This document shows, piece by piece, positions 1 to 11,950 of a DNA stretch of 59,872 nt. The stretch's first letter is position 1; the number at the start of each line of letters is the position of its first letter. The DNA is taken from the NCBI RefSeq assembly GCF_001194135.2, contig NC_068999.1, positions 25,771,877 through 25,831,748 on the forward strand, in the 5' to 3' direction. The notes beneath the pieces were generated by a model that had not been told where the DNA came from, did no database searches, and was given only the letters and a program-made list of their open reading frames with translations. The stretch comes from Octopus bimaculoides (Eukaryota). The translations under genes were made by a program, and so were the position numbers.

Positions 1-198
1 AGATACAACAATAATAATAATCCAAGTGAGAAGAAAGATATTCAAAGAGCTAATGTACTGTTGACATGAATCAAAATTAAATTTTAATTGTTTTTCTTTA
101 AAATTATTTTTAATATATTTGTAGCAAAACATTTCTTGAATGAGGAAAACCATTGAAGATATTCTCCAAGACTATAGAATACTGGAAAATATTGCAAG

Positions 199-230
<32 letters not shown>

Positions 231-236
<6 letters not shown>

Positions 237-546
237 AGTGTATAAAGATTTACACACGGAGGGAAGACCTTTGACAGGACTTCTTACATGCTAAAAAGGG
301 CAGATAAACCCAAACTATGAAAAAAGGAATTCTTAAGGCATGCTGCTAATAGAGACCAGAGTGAATAAAAAATTAGTTAAACCTATACTCGAGTATAGGA
401 TTAATTTTTTTATTTTCTCTGGTGCCTATTATCAGCGTGCCTTAAGAATTCTTTTTTTGTGGTTTGGGTATAACTGCCCTTTTTAGCATGTAAGAAGTCC
501 TGTCAAAGGTCTTCTTTCCATGTATAAATCTTTATACACTCTTATA
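231..546. repeat. About 315-bp imperfect palindrome (foldback) abutting a (TA)n tract
   Basis: Arms aagagtgtataaagattta... and ...taaatctttatacactctt, with a perfect centre cctatactc|gagtatagg at 382-399. Confidence 0.85.
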
Positions 547-1174
547 TAAAATATTTTATGTCTTATGACTTTTATTAACATGCAAACCACTGGTAATAAA
601 TTATTTAATTTTTTACCCTTATACTTATATATATCTATAATACATTAAAAGTCAGTTTCAATTTTGCTTGCTTGCAATGTTACCCACCCAAACTGGTGCA
701 TTATGGGAAAATACTATGAATTAAGTTTAGCCTGAAATGTTGATATGAATGAAATGAAACAAGTTTCGCTTAAATTGGAGCAGTAGTTATTGAGAAATTC
801 AGAGTTTGGGTGTATAAATACCCAAAACGGTGTATAATGGGAAAATGTTCTGAATATAACTTCATCCTGAAAGGGAAGAAATTCTAACCTTTCGATTAGA
901 CAGTGATTTGACAAAGAAAAAATATGGTTTGTTTTTTTACAGTAAATATATATACATACAACCTTTGACAGAGTAACAGTCATATACACAACTTAAACAA
1001 ACACACATATCGGTACATAAACATACATTTACATACACATATACACACACATGCAGACACGTCCACACACATCCATAAATACTCACATACATACGTACAT
1101 GCATACATACATACAAGTGTATATACATGCATAAGCATGTGCACATATGCATGCGTACATGCATACATACATAA

Positions 1175-1211
<37 letters not shown>

Positions 1212-1748
1212 NNNNNNNNNNNNNNNNNNNNNNNNNNNNNNNNNNNNNNNNNNNNNNNNNNNNNNNNNNNNNNNNNNNNNNNNNNNNNNNNNNNNNNNNN
1301 NNNNNNNNNNNNNNNNNNNNNNNNNNNNNNNNNNNNNNNNNNNNNNNNNNNNNNNNNNNNNNNNNNNNNNNNNNNNNNNNNNNNNNNNNNNNNNNNNNNN
1401 NNNNNNNNNNNNNNNNNNNNNNNNNNNNNNNNNNNNNNNNNNNNNNNNNNNNNNNNNNNNNNNNNNNNNNNNNNNNNNNNNNNNNNNNNNNNNNNNNNNN
1501 NNNNNNNNNNNNNNNNNNNNNNNNNNNNNNNNNNNNNNNNNNNNNNNNNNNNNNNNNNNNNNNNNNNNNNNNNNNNNNNNNNNNNNNNNNNNNNNNNNNN
1601 NNNNNNNNNNNNNNNNNNNNNNNNNNNNNNNNNNNNNNNNNNNNNNNNNNNNNNNNNNNNNNNNNNNNNNNNNNNNNNNNNNNNNNNNNNNNNNNNNNNN
1701 NNNNNNNNNNNNNNNNNNNNNNNNNNNNNNNNNNNNNNNNNNNNNNNN
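1212..1748. other. Assembly gap (537 N) after a (TA)n tract; 10-N gaps also at 17918-17927 and 58807-58816
   Basis: Runs of n in the sequence. Confidence 0.99.
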
Positions 1749-1834
1749 TATATTGTTTGTAGAAAACATAAATCCGAAAGAAGAAGCACAATCTAAGATG
1801 TAGAGCAGTATATATTAAAAATGGGGAAGGCCAG

Positions 1835-1905
1835 TTTATGGGATTACCTTAGGTTTCCCATCCATAAAGGGTTTAGATTTATGGCATATCATCAGATCCC
1901 AAAAA
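1835..1905 (-). ncRNA. Type I hammerhead ribozyme motif (family B, left arm)
   Basis: UUUUUGGGAU-CUGAUGA-[CCAUAAA/UUUAUGG stem II]-GAAA-CCUAAGGU-A-AUCCCAUAAA. Stem I has 9/10 pairs and the cleavage triplet is GUA. The base of stem II is non-canonical. Confidence 0.75.
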
Positions 1906-2925
1906 CCTGTTGGCCCATGACCTCTTAAATTTATATGGAGGGGGAAATGCCTCACTACTCAAAGGTAACAATTGGGGTTTATCTCCCTTTGCTATTGACT
2001 ATCGACTTCCGGCTGTATTGCCATCCTGTGGGCTCCAAAAAGCTAGCAGGAACCTCTTGAAATGTAAACATGGCCTGAAAATCTCCATTCTGGAGTTAAT
2101 GATGTTCCCTGGTTTGAGTGCGTCATTTAGGATACTCGCACATTCAGCTATGCATAACTTGCAATGCTTTGTCCCGTTGATGTAGGGGCCTGGGTTCTCA
2201 AGGATTTTCCATGAGATTGAGTATGGAATCCCATTGTCTCTTAGTCGCTAGACGTGGCTGGCCAGTGATGTTATGTATCTCCTTTCTGGAAATCCAAAGG
2301 AGGACCTATGGTTGGAGAGACGTTGCTTGAAAGAATTCCTGAAACATCCAATGTATATCCATGGGTATGTGTTGTCAGTGCTGTACCTGCTGTGGTTGCT
2401 GCTGCCGCCGACATCCTTGTTGGAGCTGGGACTGCTGGTGTTGGCATGGTTGGAGGAGGTATTACCATTGCTGCTAAAGGTGTCATCAACTGTGGTTCCC
2501 CTGGTGTTTCTGCTAGGGCCACTGTCACTGGACCTGTTGCTGCTGCTATAGGGGTTGTCAGGTCTGCTACTGTGGACATTAAGGAAGCTGTTGGTAATGC
2601 TGGTGTTGATGGCAATACTGCAGTTGTTGTTAGTGTTGTTGTTGTCAGCGAACTGCCAGTGCTGTCGCTGGTACTGTTATTGGTAATGTTGTTAACTGTG
2701 GCAATGGTGGCGGTGTTGCTGGTTCTATTCTTGAGTCTACAGCTGCTACTGCTTCTGCCGGTGGTATTGCCAGGGTTTGCTAGTACTTCAGCTTCACAGA
2801 TGACCCCTTTGGCAGCACAGCCGGAAATCAATAGCCAATAGCAAAGGGAGATAACCCCCAATTGTTACCTTTGAGTAGTGAGGCATTTCCCCCGCCATAT
2901 TTTTAAGAGGTCATGGGCCAACAGA

Positions 2926-2990
2926 TTTTTGGGATCTGATGATACAACATAAAGCTAAATCCTTCATGAAACCTAAGGTAGTCCTATAAA
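2926..2990 (+). ncRNA. Degenerate hammerhead (family B, right arm)
   Basis: GGGAT-CTGATGA-...-GAAA-CCTAAGGT-A-GTCCT. Core and stem III are intact; stem II is eroded. Confidence 0.6.
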
Positions 2991-3009
2991 CTGGCCTTCC
3001 CCATTTTTA

Positions 3010-3018
<9 letters not shown>

Positions 3019-3072
<54 letters not shown>
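3019..3072. repeat. (TA)n microsatellite; others near 202-233, 1186-1211, 58766-58806, and (CT)n near 47851-47915
   Basis: Directly visible dinucleotide tracts. Confidence 0.95.
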
Positions 3073-3076
<4 letters not shown>

Positions 3077-3080
3077 CATA

Positions 3081-3537
3081 CAGGTCGTTGTCGACTTATG
3101 ACCTATCCAACTTACGACCAAACAACTTTACGATTGGTGCGGCAGCTCCTGGCAACAATAATAAATAGTCCAGCTGAAATCTAATGGGTTTAATTTCTTA
3201 GAAATTAACCTATCTATGGATGATGTCAGTTAACAAACGACATAGAAGACCTACAGCCAAGCACCAGTCTACAATAAATTTTTATGTAAGTTTTGCAAGT
3301 GTGTCTTGCACTACATTGTGTATTTCACGTATTTGCATTCTTTGGTACTTTTCTATGAACAAATAACACTGTTGTAGTATAATACAGAATGCTGTGTGTG
3401 ACTTTTACCTGAGAATTTACCGTAAGAATGTAAAAATATAAAACAAAGCTATGCAGGCCTATAGGCTGACTTACGACCAAATCAACTTACAACCAGTCAG
3501 TTGGAACCAATTGTGGTTGTAAGTCGAAGACGACCTG
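3081..3537. mobile_element. Tigger/pogo-like non-autonomous element (MITE)
   Basis: TIRs caggtcgttgtcgactta / taagtcgaagacgacctg with TA on both flanks and internal acttacgacc repeats. Confidence 0.75.
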
Positions 3538-3620
3538 TATAATATATGCACACACACACACATGTACATATATGTATGCGTGTGTGTATGGACAGAGTTA
3601 TGATGTAAGCACGTGCTAAA

Positions 3621-5100
3621 ACCCCTCATAACTTTTTTTTAATTTTTACAAATTTTTTGCGGTTCTGTCTTCTGCATAATGGAATTAATATGATTATGCA
3701 AAAAAAAAAATCTTTTTTTAATGAGAGTGAGCAAATGACCACTCTCAGACAATTTGGTCATTGGAAGAGTGACCCCTCCACCACCCAGTGACAAGTTCAC
3801 AATCAAATTGAAATTTGGATTGAACACCTCATGGATAAGTTTTGGAGTTTTACTGTTTCAACATTACATTTGATATGTCTTCACCGAGAGTGGAATTATT
3901 TCAGAAACTGCAAAGAAATTTCTTCTTCAGTTTTTGATGGAAAACGCTCTTATAGCAGAAAGAAAACAGTGTGTTTGTCATCAACAAATGGTTTTACAGT
4001 CATTTGAAGATGTGATAGACAGCATTATTTGGCACTGTTGCAATTGTAAGAAGACCATGTCTGTGAGGAAGAATACTTTTATGGAAAAAAAAGTCAATTG
4101 GTGGTCTTCACACTTTTCCACATATCCCTAGACTTTATATATCAAATGCCAGTGACATGCTGCATGTCCATCAACAATATCAGCAGACAGGCAGCTGTCC
4201 AGTGGTACGAATTTTGCAGGGAAATATGTACCCAAATATTGTTGAAAAACAAGAAGAAATTGGGTGGCCCAAATCATACAATCCAAGTAGACGAAAGTTG
4301 GAAGAGTAGTAAAGAAATTTTGGATACTTGGAATATATAACACTGTAGAGAAGGATTACCTGCAACTTGTTCCTGACCAAAAAGCAGAGACACTGGAAAC
4401 GGTCATTATTGAAAATGTTGAAGCAAGTTCCACCATCTTTACAGATATGTGGCCCAGCTATAACAATCTCACCAGACTGGGATATACCCATGGAACAGTG
4501 AACCACTCGTTTCATTTTGTAAATCCCATGACTGGTGTGTGTATGAACAATGTGGAATCATACTGGGCATGAATAAAACGGAGGCTCAAGTACATATGTG
4601 GTTCTAGTGGAGATATGCACTGGTCACATGTGGATGAGGCCATCTAGAGACCACTATAACATGAAATGTGACAATGCCTGGGAGAACTACAAGACATTTA
4701 TAAAACACACAGTAGAAATTTATCCACAATAATTTAAAGGTGTTACAGATAATTCATTTTAATTACATTATTTTCTGTTAGTTAATGATTTTCTCTTAGG
4801 CCGTGTGGATGTGTGATTGTTTAAAACTCTTTCAATTTTGATTTTGAAGTATTTAAAAAATTATTTGGAAATTATAAAAAGAAATGAATGGTAGATTTGG
4901 ACTGTCTATATTTTAAAACCACAAAGTCAAAAAAAAAAAAATTGAAAGGCATTGGAAAGTTTCAGAAGTAGGGGTAGGGAGAATAAAAGAAAACATTTTT
5001 TTCCTTTTTTTTTGCATAATCGTATTAATTCCATTATGCAGAAGACAGAATTGAAAAAAATTGGTAAAAATTCATAATAATAAAAAAGTTATGAGGGCCC
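3621..5100 (+). mobile_element. Merlin (IS1595/ISXO2-like DDE) DNA transposon, decayed
   Basis: TIRs of about 90 bp. Frameshifted transposase with a CxxC finger, GGPNHTIQVDES, IFTDMWPSY, TVNHSFHFVNP and NNVESYW. Confidence 0.8.
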
Positions 5101-5479
5101 TTCATGACTCTGCCTATGTATGTATATGTAGGTAAGTTCACAAGTATAGAAGAAGAGAGTGACAGTTAGAAATGATGTAGAAGAGAATGGGGGACAACAG
5201 TGGAGGCACAGTTGATGGTAAATATGAGTTTGGGGGAAAAGTGATACAAAACAGAAGTAGTCAGGAGAGAGGGTGTGATAAGGAACAGTACTTAAAGAGT
5301 AGAGAGCAGCAGAATAATAAAACTATAGGTAGATAAGAAACAGGGAGATGGTGTGTGGTGGTGAGTGGGTAAAGGGGAGAGAGAGAAAAGTGCAGTGACA
5401 GATATAGGGTGGATACAGTGAGTGATAAAAAGAATGTGGGAGGAAGGTAGTTAATGGCAGATATGAGAGAGTTCTAAAA

Positions 5480-7470
5480 ATTATGTATAGCAGTCAAGTC
5501 AAACAATCCCCACACTCATCTTATTACCCAGTCCTCTATCATTTCTCTAACCATGGCACTATTCAGTTGTAATTTTATGAGAGCAGCTCTACACATTTCA
5601 ACTTGCTTTTGTGCTGCAAGTTATCTCTCTGCCTAGAACCACTCCCCCTTGTCATCCAGCCTCATTCATTTTATCATCTTTTCCCACTTCCATGGGTTTC
5701 AGTGACATTTAGTGCTCAGTACTTCTTCATACAGCTGTCCTCATCCACATGGCATCATAGGATCGTACCAACACAGTCTTCTTTCTCACACACTATTTCT
5801 GATTTTCATAGTCTTCACATGTCCTCTGCATTCAGGGCCCATCTTTCACTACTACAAGTATTGCTGTTTGTATACAAGCAACATACAATCTGTTTTCAGT
5901 CTGAGAAAGAGACAGGGTTTATTGCTCCTGCACAACAGCTCCATTTAAAATCTACTTTTACTGTTAATCTCTCTCCAATTCCACTGCACTTCTTGTGCCA
6001 AAGTTTGCAATGAGTACATAGTACTTTTCTACATATCAAGCAGGGTGATATTTCCTGAAGGAAGTAGAGTCCAGTTTGTTTCCTGTTTATTAAAACTCTT
6101 TGCTAAGTTAACTTTAAGGTCCTTCAATTCCAGGTTTTGCTTCCACACCTGAAGTTTAATTCTACTAGAGATCTCACAATAAGAAATAAGTCATTGCTAT
6201 CTAGCAGTTCCAAGGGGAAACTGGTCTTAAATTTTTGTTATGTCTTGGAGAAGTATGATGAACAGGCAGGGCCTGAGAAGCAAACCCTAGTCAACTCCTA
6301 CCTCCACACTAAATCCATTACTGTACTCATTGCTAACTCTCCTCTTAAATGATAACACTCCTGTACATGGTATGTATGAGTCTCCCACTAGCTTCATCAA
6401 TGACAACCATACAAGAGTGACGAACTGGCTTTCTCCAGGTCAATGAATGCTATATACGACAGTTAACTTTTAGCTAAATACTTATCCTATAGTTGTCTCA
6501 TTAAAAAGAAGGTATCGATAGTACTTCTTCCTATCACAAAACCAAACTGCATGTCATTTTGTCCAATTCTTTTCCTAATTAAATAAGACAACTCTTTCTG
6601 TAATTCTCATGACCTGGTTCATATATTTGACACCTCTGTAATTACTTCTCTCTAAGGCATCTCTTTTACTCTTGTAACAGTTGATTATAACATTGCTACT
6701 TCAGTAGCTGGGTATGACACCTTCCTATGCAATCTGATTAACTATATAAATGCCTGGGTATTTCAAGCATCTCATCAGTGATTCCAGATGGATCAGGTGT
6801 TTTCTTTGCCTTTGTATCTTCACTGCTTTATCTATCATACTGCTGCCAATTAGGTTAGCTAGTCTCTCTGTCAAATCCATTTTGAGAAGGCCCTCCTTCT
6901 TCCATGCATTCTCAACATCTAATAGTCTTTCATAGTTACATCTTCTTTTTCAGCATCACTAAGTTCAAGTTTACCAATATAGAACATTGGCAAACCTCTT
7001 TCTACTTCTCCTTTTGCTATATAAAACCTGTCGCCTAACTTCTCTATTATACTGTATATAATGTTTTACAGCTTCCATTTTCTCAATCTCCCCAAACCTG
7101 TCTTTTTGCTTTTATGGCTCTGTCTACCTCATTGTTTCACCACCACATCACTCTCAGTCTAGCCAGGATTTTGCACCAGCCAGATTTGGTCTGTAACCTA
7201 CAGTAGGTTGTCCTATAGAAAATTCCAGTTGTCCTCAATGTTATACGTCTCTATCTCCTCCAACTTTCTGTCAAATGCTTCAGCTTGAACTCCTGTAAAT
7301 TTCTCACTGTTCATTGGATCTTTAAGCTCCATATCTTCCTTTACCAGACTGGTTTGTGTCTCTGACTTCATTCTAGCTCTAAGTCTGAAGTGGGTAACAA
7401 CTAGCCAATGTTGAGGTTATGTATTCTTCATATTGACAACCAACTGTCTATTTGTTTTCTCGTGTGAATG
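5480..7470 (-). mobile_element. Degenerate RTE-clade LINE (APE C-terminus to RT)
   Basis: Broken minus-strand motifs (RKQID, HWLVVTHFRLR, PSGITDEML, FGFVIGRSTIDTFFLMRQL, AFIDLEKA), colinear with the RTE copy at 58817 onward. Confidence 0.7.
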
Positions 7471-8049
7471 TTGTCAATCAGGGTTATGTACCCACTAAGT
7501 TGATAGGTGATTAGGTGGCTGGCTCCTAGTACTTTCTGTACATAAATCTTCCATTCCTGCTACAAACTAGAGATTTCAATGAAATACAGCCCAGTATAAA
7601 CATTATAAAAATATATATAGCTGTTCCATGAATTTGGATGACACTTGCTGATACAATATAATGATTGTTGGTTTATACATTGTGAATGTGGGTTTTACCT
7701 GTTATCATTTTTTCTCATATATTTTATAAGATATTGATTTTTGTGCACTGATTTTCCGACTCAGAACTAAACATGCATTCCAGTAGTCTCTTGCAACTTG
7801 GAAGCAGCACAATTAGCACAAGAAAAACAATAAAGCATTTCAAGACATGATAACATCGACACTGACGGAATGTGGGTGACATTGTCACACTGATATGATA
7901 CCTTATTGCTCATCCTGATAATTTCTTCAGAAAAAATTTGAATAAAATACTCAATGAGCTAAGAGTTGTTTCTCCAACAGTAGAATGCTAAGTTTCAGTT
8001 TTTGATCCCAAGCAACAACATTAATTGAATTGCAGTAAATGCAGTTGGG

Positions 8050-9900
8050 TACTCAGCAGCAGATGCAGTTAATTGTGGTGGAGGATATTAAGAGTCACAA
8101 CTGTAGAAAGAAAGACAAACAGGGAAAAGATCCAGATGGATGAAATTCTGGGAAAGAAGGAGCCGGCATAACAGTGAGTGTGAGGCTGAAGGGAACGGAT
8201 GCACAGATAATGCTGAGAGGTGGAATGATGAATAGATTAGAGATGTATGGGTAGTGGAGGTACAAGACCATCATGTTTTGTGGAAGAGAGGCCATAACAG
8301 AAGTGATGAAGACAGAGAGAGTAGACCAGAGGGGCCAGAGACTGTAGCATGTCCATTAGTGACTGAATACCAATTTGTGTATACAGATGTGGGTAACAGA
8401 ACTTCAGTGGAGACCCCACTTGAGGCTTTCTAGGACTGAAATAGTTTCTGGCCCTAAAGAGAAGGGCTATCTTTCAGATGCAGTTCTAGCTATGCTCAAG
8501 ATGTGTTTTTGCTAAGAGAGATCCTGAGTAATAGTGAAGTCCAACATTTGGAGTGACTATAAGGACTCTAGTTGAGTACCACTCGTGTTTAGTGGGGCCA
8601 TAATGCAGTGGTATTTTCTTAACATGAGTAGTGATATAGCTTCTGTGTTGTTAAGACATGCGGTTGCTATAGTCCCCCACTAACACATTCTCTCAAGGCC
8701 TCTGTTAATGGAATTAATGCATGTTTAGTATGTGACGTTTAGGCTACATGTGTGGGAAAAGTTAGGGAGGAATGAAGGTCTTTTCACTCAGAATGAAGGA
8801 TAGATTGTTTGACTCTTGACTTAGAACTACTATGCTGCATGGTAGTGACATATGGGACTTAATTGCAGAAATAAGGCAAGCATGCTCTGTTGGAATACCT
8901 GAGTACAAATGAGCAGACAAAAAAACTGAGTATAAGATGAATCAGGAAGTGTGTACAATAGAGAAGGCTGTATGGGAATATAATGTGCATGGAGGATAAA
9001 TGCTGCATAAGGAAGTGAGGAGCATTCCAAGTTAGTGGAATCTAAGGAAGAAAGCCAGGTCGGGTCAGGAAAATCCTGAGGAAGACATTGCGAGCAATCT
9101 ACAGTACTAAAATCAAGACCTGTCAAAGAACAGTTGAGCTTACTGTGAACCAATGGCGATCCACGTGAATGGTGTCTCATAAAAACATTCTCTACACAAG
9201 CTAGTAAACTGTGCAGCTAGTCCAAGACTGTAGCCACAAAACTCCAACAGAAGACATACTGTGTTCTTGAGTTGGAGTCGATGTCTATAAATGATGTGGA
9301 GAAGAGCAAAGAAGATGATAGAAGAGGGAGGCCAAGAAAAACACAGAATGAAGTAGTGAAACCTGCATCTCATGGAGGAAATGTGAAAAAACTGTACTGA
9401 TCAGTAACATGCAGTCCTGCAGAAAACTCTGTCCACACATACCCTAACTCAAGGGTAGTGTTAAGAGGATGTAATGTTTGTACCCTGCCAGGTCTACATT
9501 GGCTGCCACTTCACCATACATCTTGAACCACATCCTGGCATCTACCTAATACTCAAGCCCCTTCTCATCTACCTTCTTATCACTCATAACACTATATCTC
9601 TCATGTCCCCCACCACCTATGCTAATTGTACTATCTTTATCACTTTGCCCACTTGGACTTTTCAATAGACCTACTAATACATTTTAACCTTCACCGTGCT
9701 ATACTCTAACCAGCAAGCTCTCTCTTCTGAACCACTTCTATTGCCATGTTCGCTATGTCTTCTGCCATATTGTCTCTGGTACGTCAGAAAACTCACTGGT
9801 TCATAGTCACGTGTCATTTTATGCTGATTGAGAGGCTCAGAAAGGACGTGTCAAAAGTCAAGATGGTTGCTGATGCCTATTTCACATAAAGTCGTGATTG
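8050..9900 (-). mobile_element. Highly decayed non-LTR retrotransposon, CR1/Jockey-like RT remnants
   Basis: Weak traces resembling VPQGS.LGP and YADD spacing in ORF 8830-9180. Heavily eroded, and the boundaries are approximate. Confidence 0.35.
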
Positions 9901-10736
9901 GCTAGATTTGTCAATCACATGGGTAATATTCTTTCCAGGAAAAGTCACAATTGGTCAGATTTGCTGATCATGTGAGCAAAATTCCTGCAAATTACAACAT
10001 CAGTTGATTGCTGAATATTGTCACTACACAGGCAATGTTATTCATTTTCAGTCTTCCATCACTCCCCTTTCTACAGTCACCTATCTCTGCAGTCTTCCAT
10101 CGCATTCTTGTTCTTTCCAACGTCCCACCTTCTCATATTGTTCTTTCTTTCTCTTAGATGCATCTCCTCAATTACTTGTGAAAACGTACACTCCCAAATC
10201 TATTGTGTATTCTCTAAACCTACATTCACCCTGCTCTCCCCACTTCTGTAATGTTCCCATTCCAAATTTACATTTCTTGTGTCCATGGCCCCATCACCAA
10301 CACCCAACACAAGCAACAGTTTACACTGGAAAGTGGTTGGTTAAATGAGCAAAAAAATGTAAGGTTCTGAACTGTCTCCTGATCTGCCTCACCAAGAACT
10401 ATTTAAACTCTCTAATGTTTGTGCAGAAGAGATAGCACCCAGTGGCTGATATTAAGAAGAGATCCCAGCCAAAGAAACCAACCCAAATGACACATACAAG
10501 CATCAGTCTTTGAGAGCTACAGCTCACAATGAGAGAATGCTTGGACCATGAAGACCCATTAGAAGTGGATGTATGATGATGTGTGTGTGTACACATAAAA
10601 AAAGAGCTAATGATGCAAATAAACGAATAAAACCACTTAGGCTAGATATATAAAATATACATATTAAGCATGGATCTCACTTGTTGACTCTCTCTCTCTA
10701 TATATGTGTGTATGTGCATGTATTTATATGTGTGTA

Positions 10737-10950
10737 TGAGGGATGCTGAAAAGTTCCTGACTTTAAGGGTATCACGAAAGACTTGGTTGGAGGCCCAACC
10801 TTCTGAGTTCTTTTACAGGGTTTAGAAAAACTGAAAGATTGCTGCAATAAGTATATGAATCTTAGATGGGAGTATGTTGAGTAAAATCATAATTAACTGA
10901 TCCTCCTGTATTTTCTTTTACCCAAAGCCAGGAGCTTTTCAATTCACTCA
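10737..10950. mobile_element. Mariner-like MITE
   Basis: Imperfect TIRs gagggatgctgaaaagttcctgacttt / aaagccaggagcttttcaat. Confidence 0.55.
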
Positions 10951-11019
10951 GCCAAAAATTTGCAAATGACATGTTGTACTGCTTGGCATTCACGTCCCAA
11001 GCTCCAATACGAACATTTC

Positions 11020-11561
11020 AGAGTGTTTGGTGTCAATCTGAGGACATGTACCGAGAGCGATAAAAATCAAACAGCCAGTCAACATCAGTGTTTGGCGTGA
11101 TCACTATTTATCTTCCCACATGGCCTCAGACTCAACACGGAGACCTACATCAAGTACCTGGAGGAGGTAGTGCTGCCCTGGGTCAAGAGAGTGGCTGCTG
11201 AAAGACCCTATGTGTGGCAAAAGGACTCTGCACCATGCCACACAAGCAGGAGAACCCAGTCATGGCTGTCAGAAAATTTCTGTGACCATGTCACCCTAAC
11301 GTCTGGCCACCTAACTCCCCAAACTGCAACCCCTTTGATTATTATGTGTGGGGCGCAGTTGAGCAAGAGACCAACAAAACTCCTTTGCAACACCAAAGAT
11401 GAATTGAAGGCAAGGATTATGGCAGCATCATTGAATAAATTTACTGTTTAGTATTTCAAGATATTTTTATGTGATTTTGGTAAATATATCTGTTAAAATG
11501 AGATGTCAGTGTTACTTTCATTTTTGTGCAATTTAGACGACAGTTTATTCACTGCACCCTG
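11020..11561 (+). mobile_element. maT/DD37D-type Tc1-mariner transposase 3' fragment with terminal repeat
   Basis: YLEEVVLPWVKRVA..PYVWQKDSAPCHTS, then frameshifted WPPNSP.CNP.DYYVWG; ends cactgcaccctg-TA. Confidence 0.8.
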
Positions 11562-11842
11562 TATATATATGCATGGGCGTTCAGAAATGATTGATATGTG
11601 CAACACAGTCTTGAATTCTGTGCCTGATAACTAGAAGAACTAGAAAATTTTTTGTTTTAATTAAAAAGAAATAAACATAAAAGAAAACAGTTATATTGCA
11701 CAATGCTCATATACTAGCTTAGTTACAGAACCATACATTCCTTCTCAAAAGCTGCCAAAAAAAAAGCTCATCGCACACACACAACCCTCAAACTAATGCT
11801 GATTAGAAATTTCAAATGCAAGCTGAAAAGAATTTGACATAC

Positions 11843-11916
11843 CTGTATCTATGTACAAATACACCCTTGAATATATAAGTCAGCATGTTTCTTATCTCTT
11901 CTTGGTTTTCTTCAAG
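11843..11916 (-). CDS. STAG1/2: STAG exon (74 nt): LEENQEEIRNMLTYIFKGVFVHRYR
   Basis: Matches STAG1 [25 protein letters not shown]; ttttccag| acceptor and |gtatgt donor, phase 0 to 2. It is the last exon found in the window. Confidence 0.96.
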
Positions 11917-11950
11917 CTGGAAAATTAATTTCAACATGAAAATATTTACA

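Larger units (their letters stand above)
1810..3012. mobile_element. Long-inverted-repeat element (arms about 210-250 bp) with hammerheads in both arms, PLE-like
   Basis: 1810-2022 is the reverse complement of about 2808-3012. It sits in TA-rich microsatellite flanks and has a low-complexity internal ORF (2271-2861, -). Confidence 0.65.

Noticed and set aside
770-865. Minus-strand MKLYSEHF resembling STAG WMKMYSDAF
   Set aside because: There is no upstream EIR..C..EIG.W and no downstream L.DSYLKY, and the frame closes after about 31 codons; a chance match.
937-1803. Long ORFs of 218-284 aa in several frames
   Set aside because: They are artefacts of the 537-N gap plus TA/CA microsatellites.
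6745-6785. CTGATGA...GAAA on the minus strand
   Set aside because: It lies in RTE coding sequence (GITDEMLEI) and has no stem II or stem I pairing.
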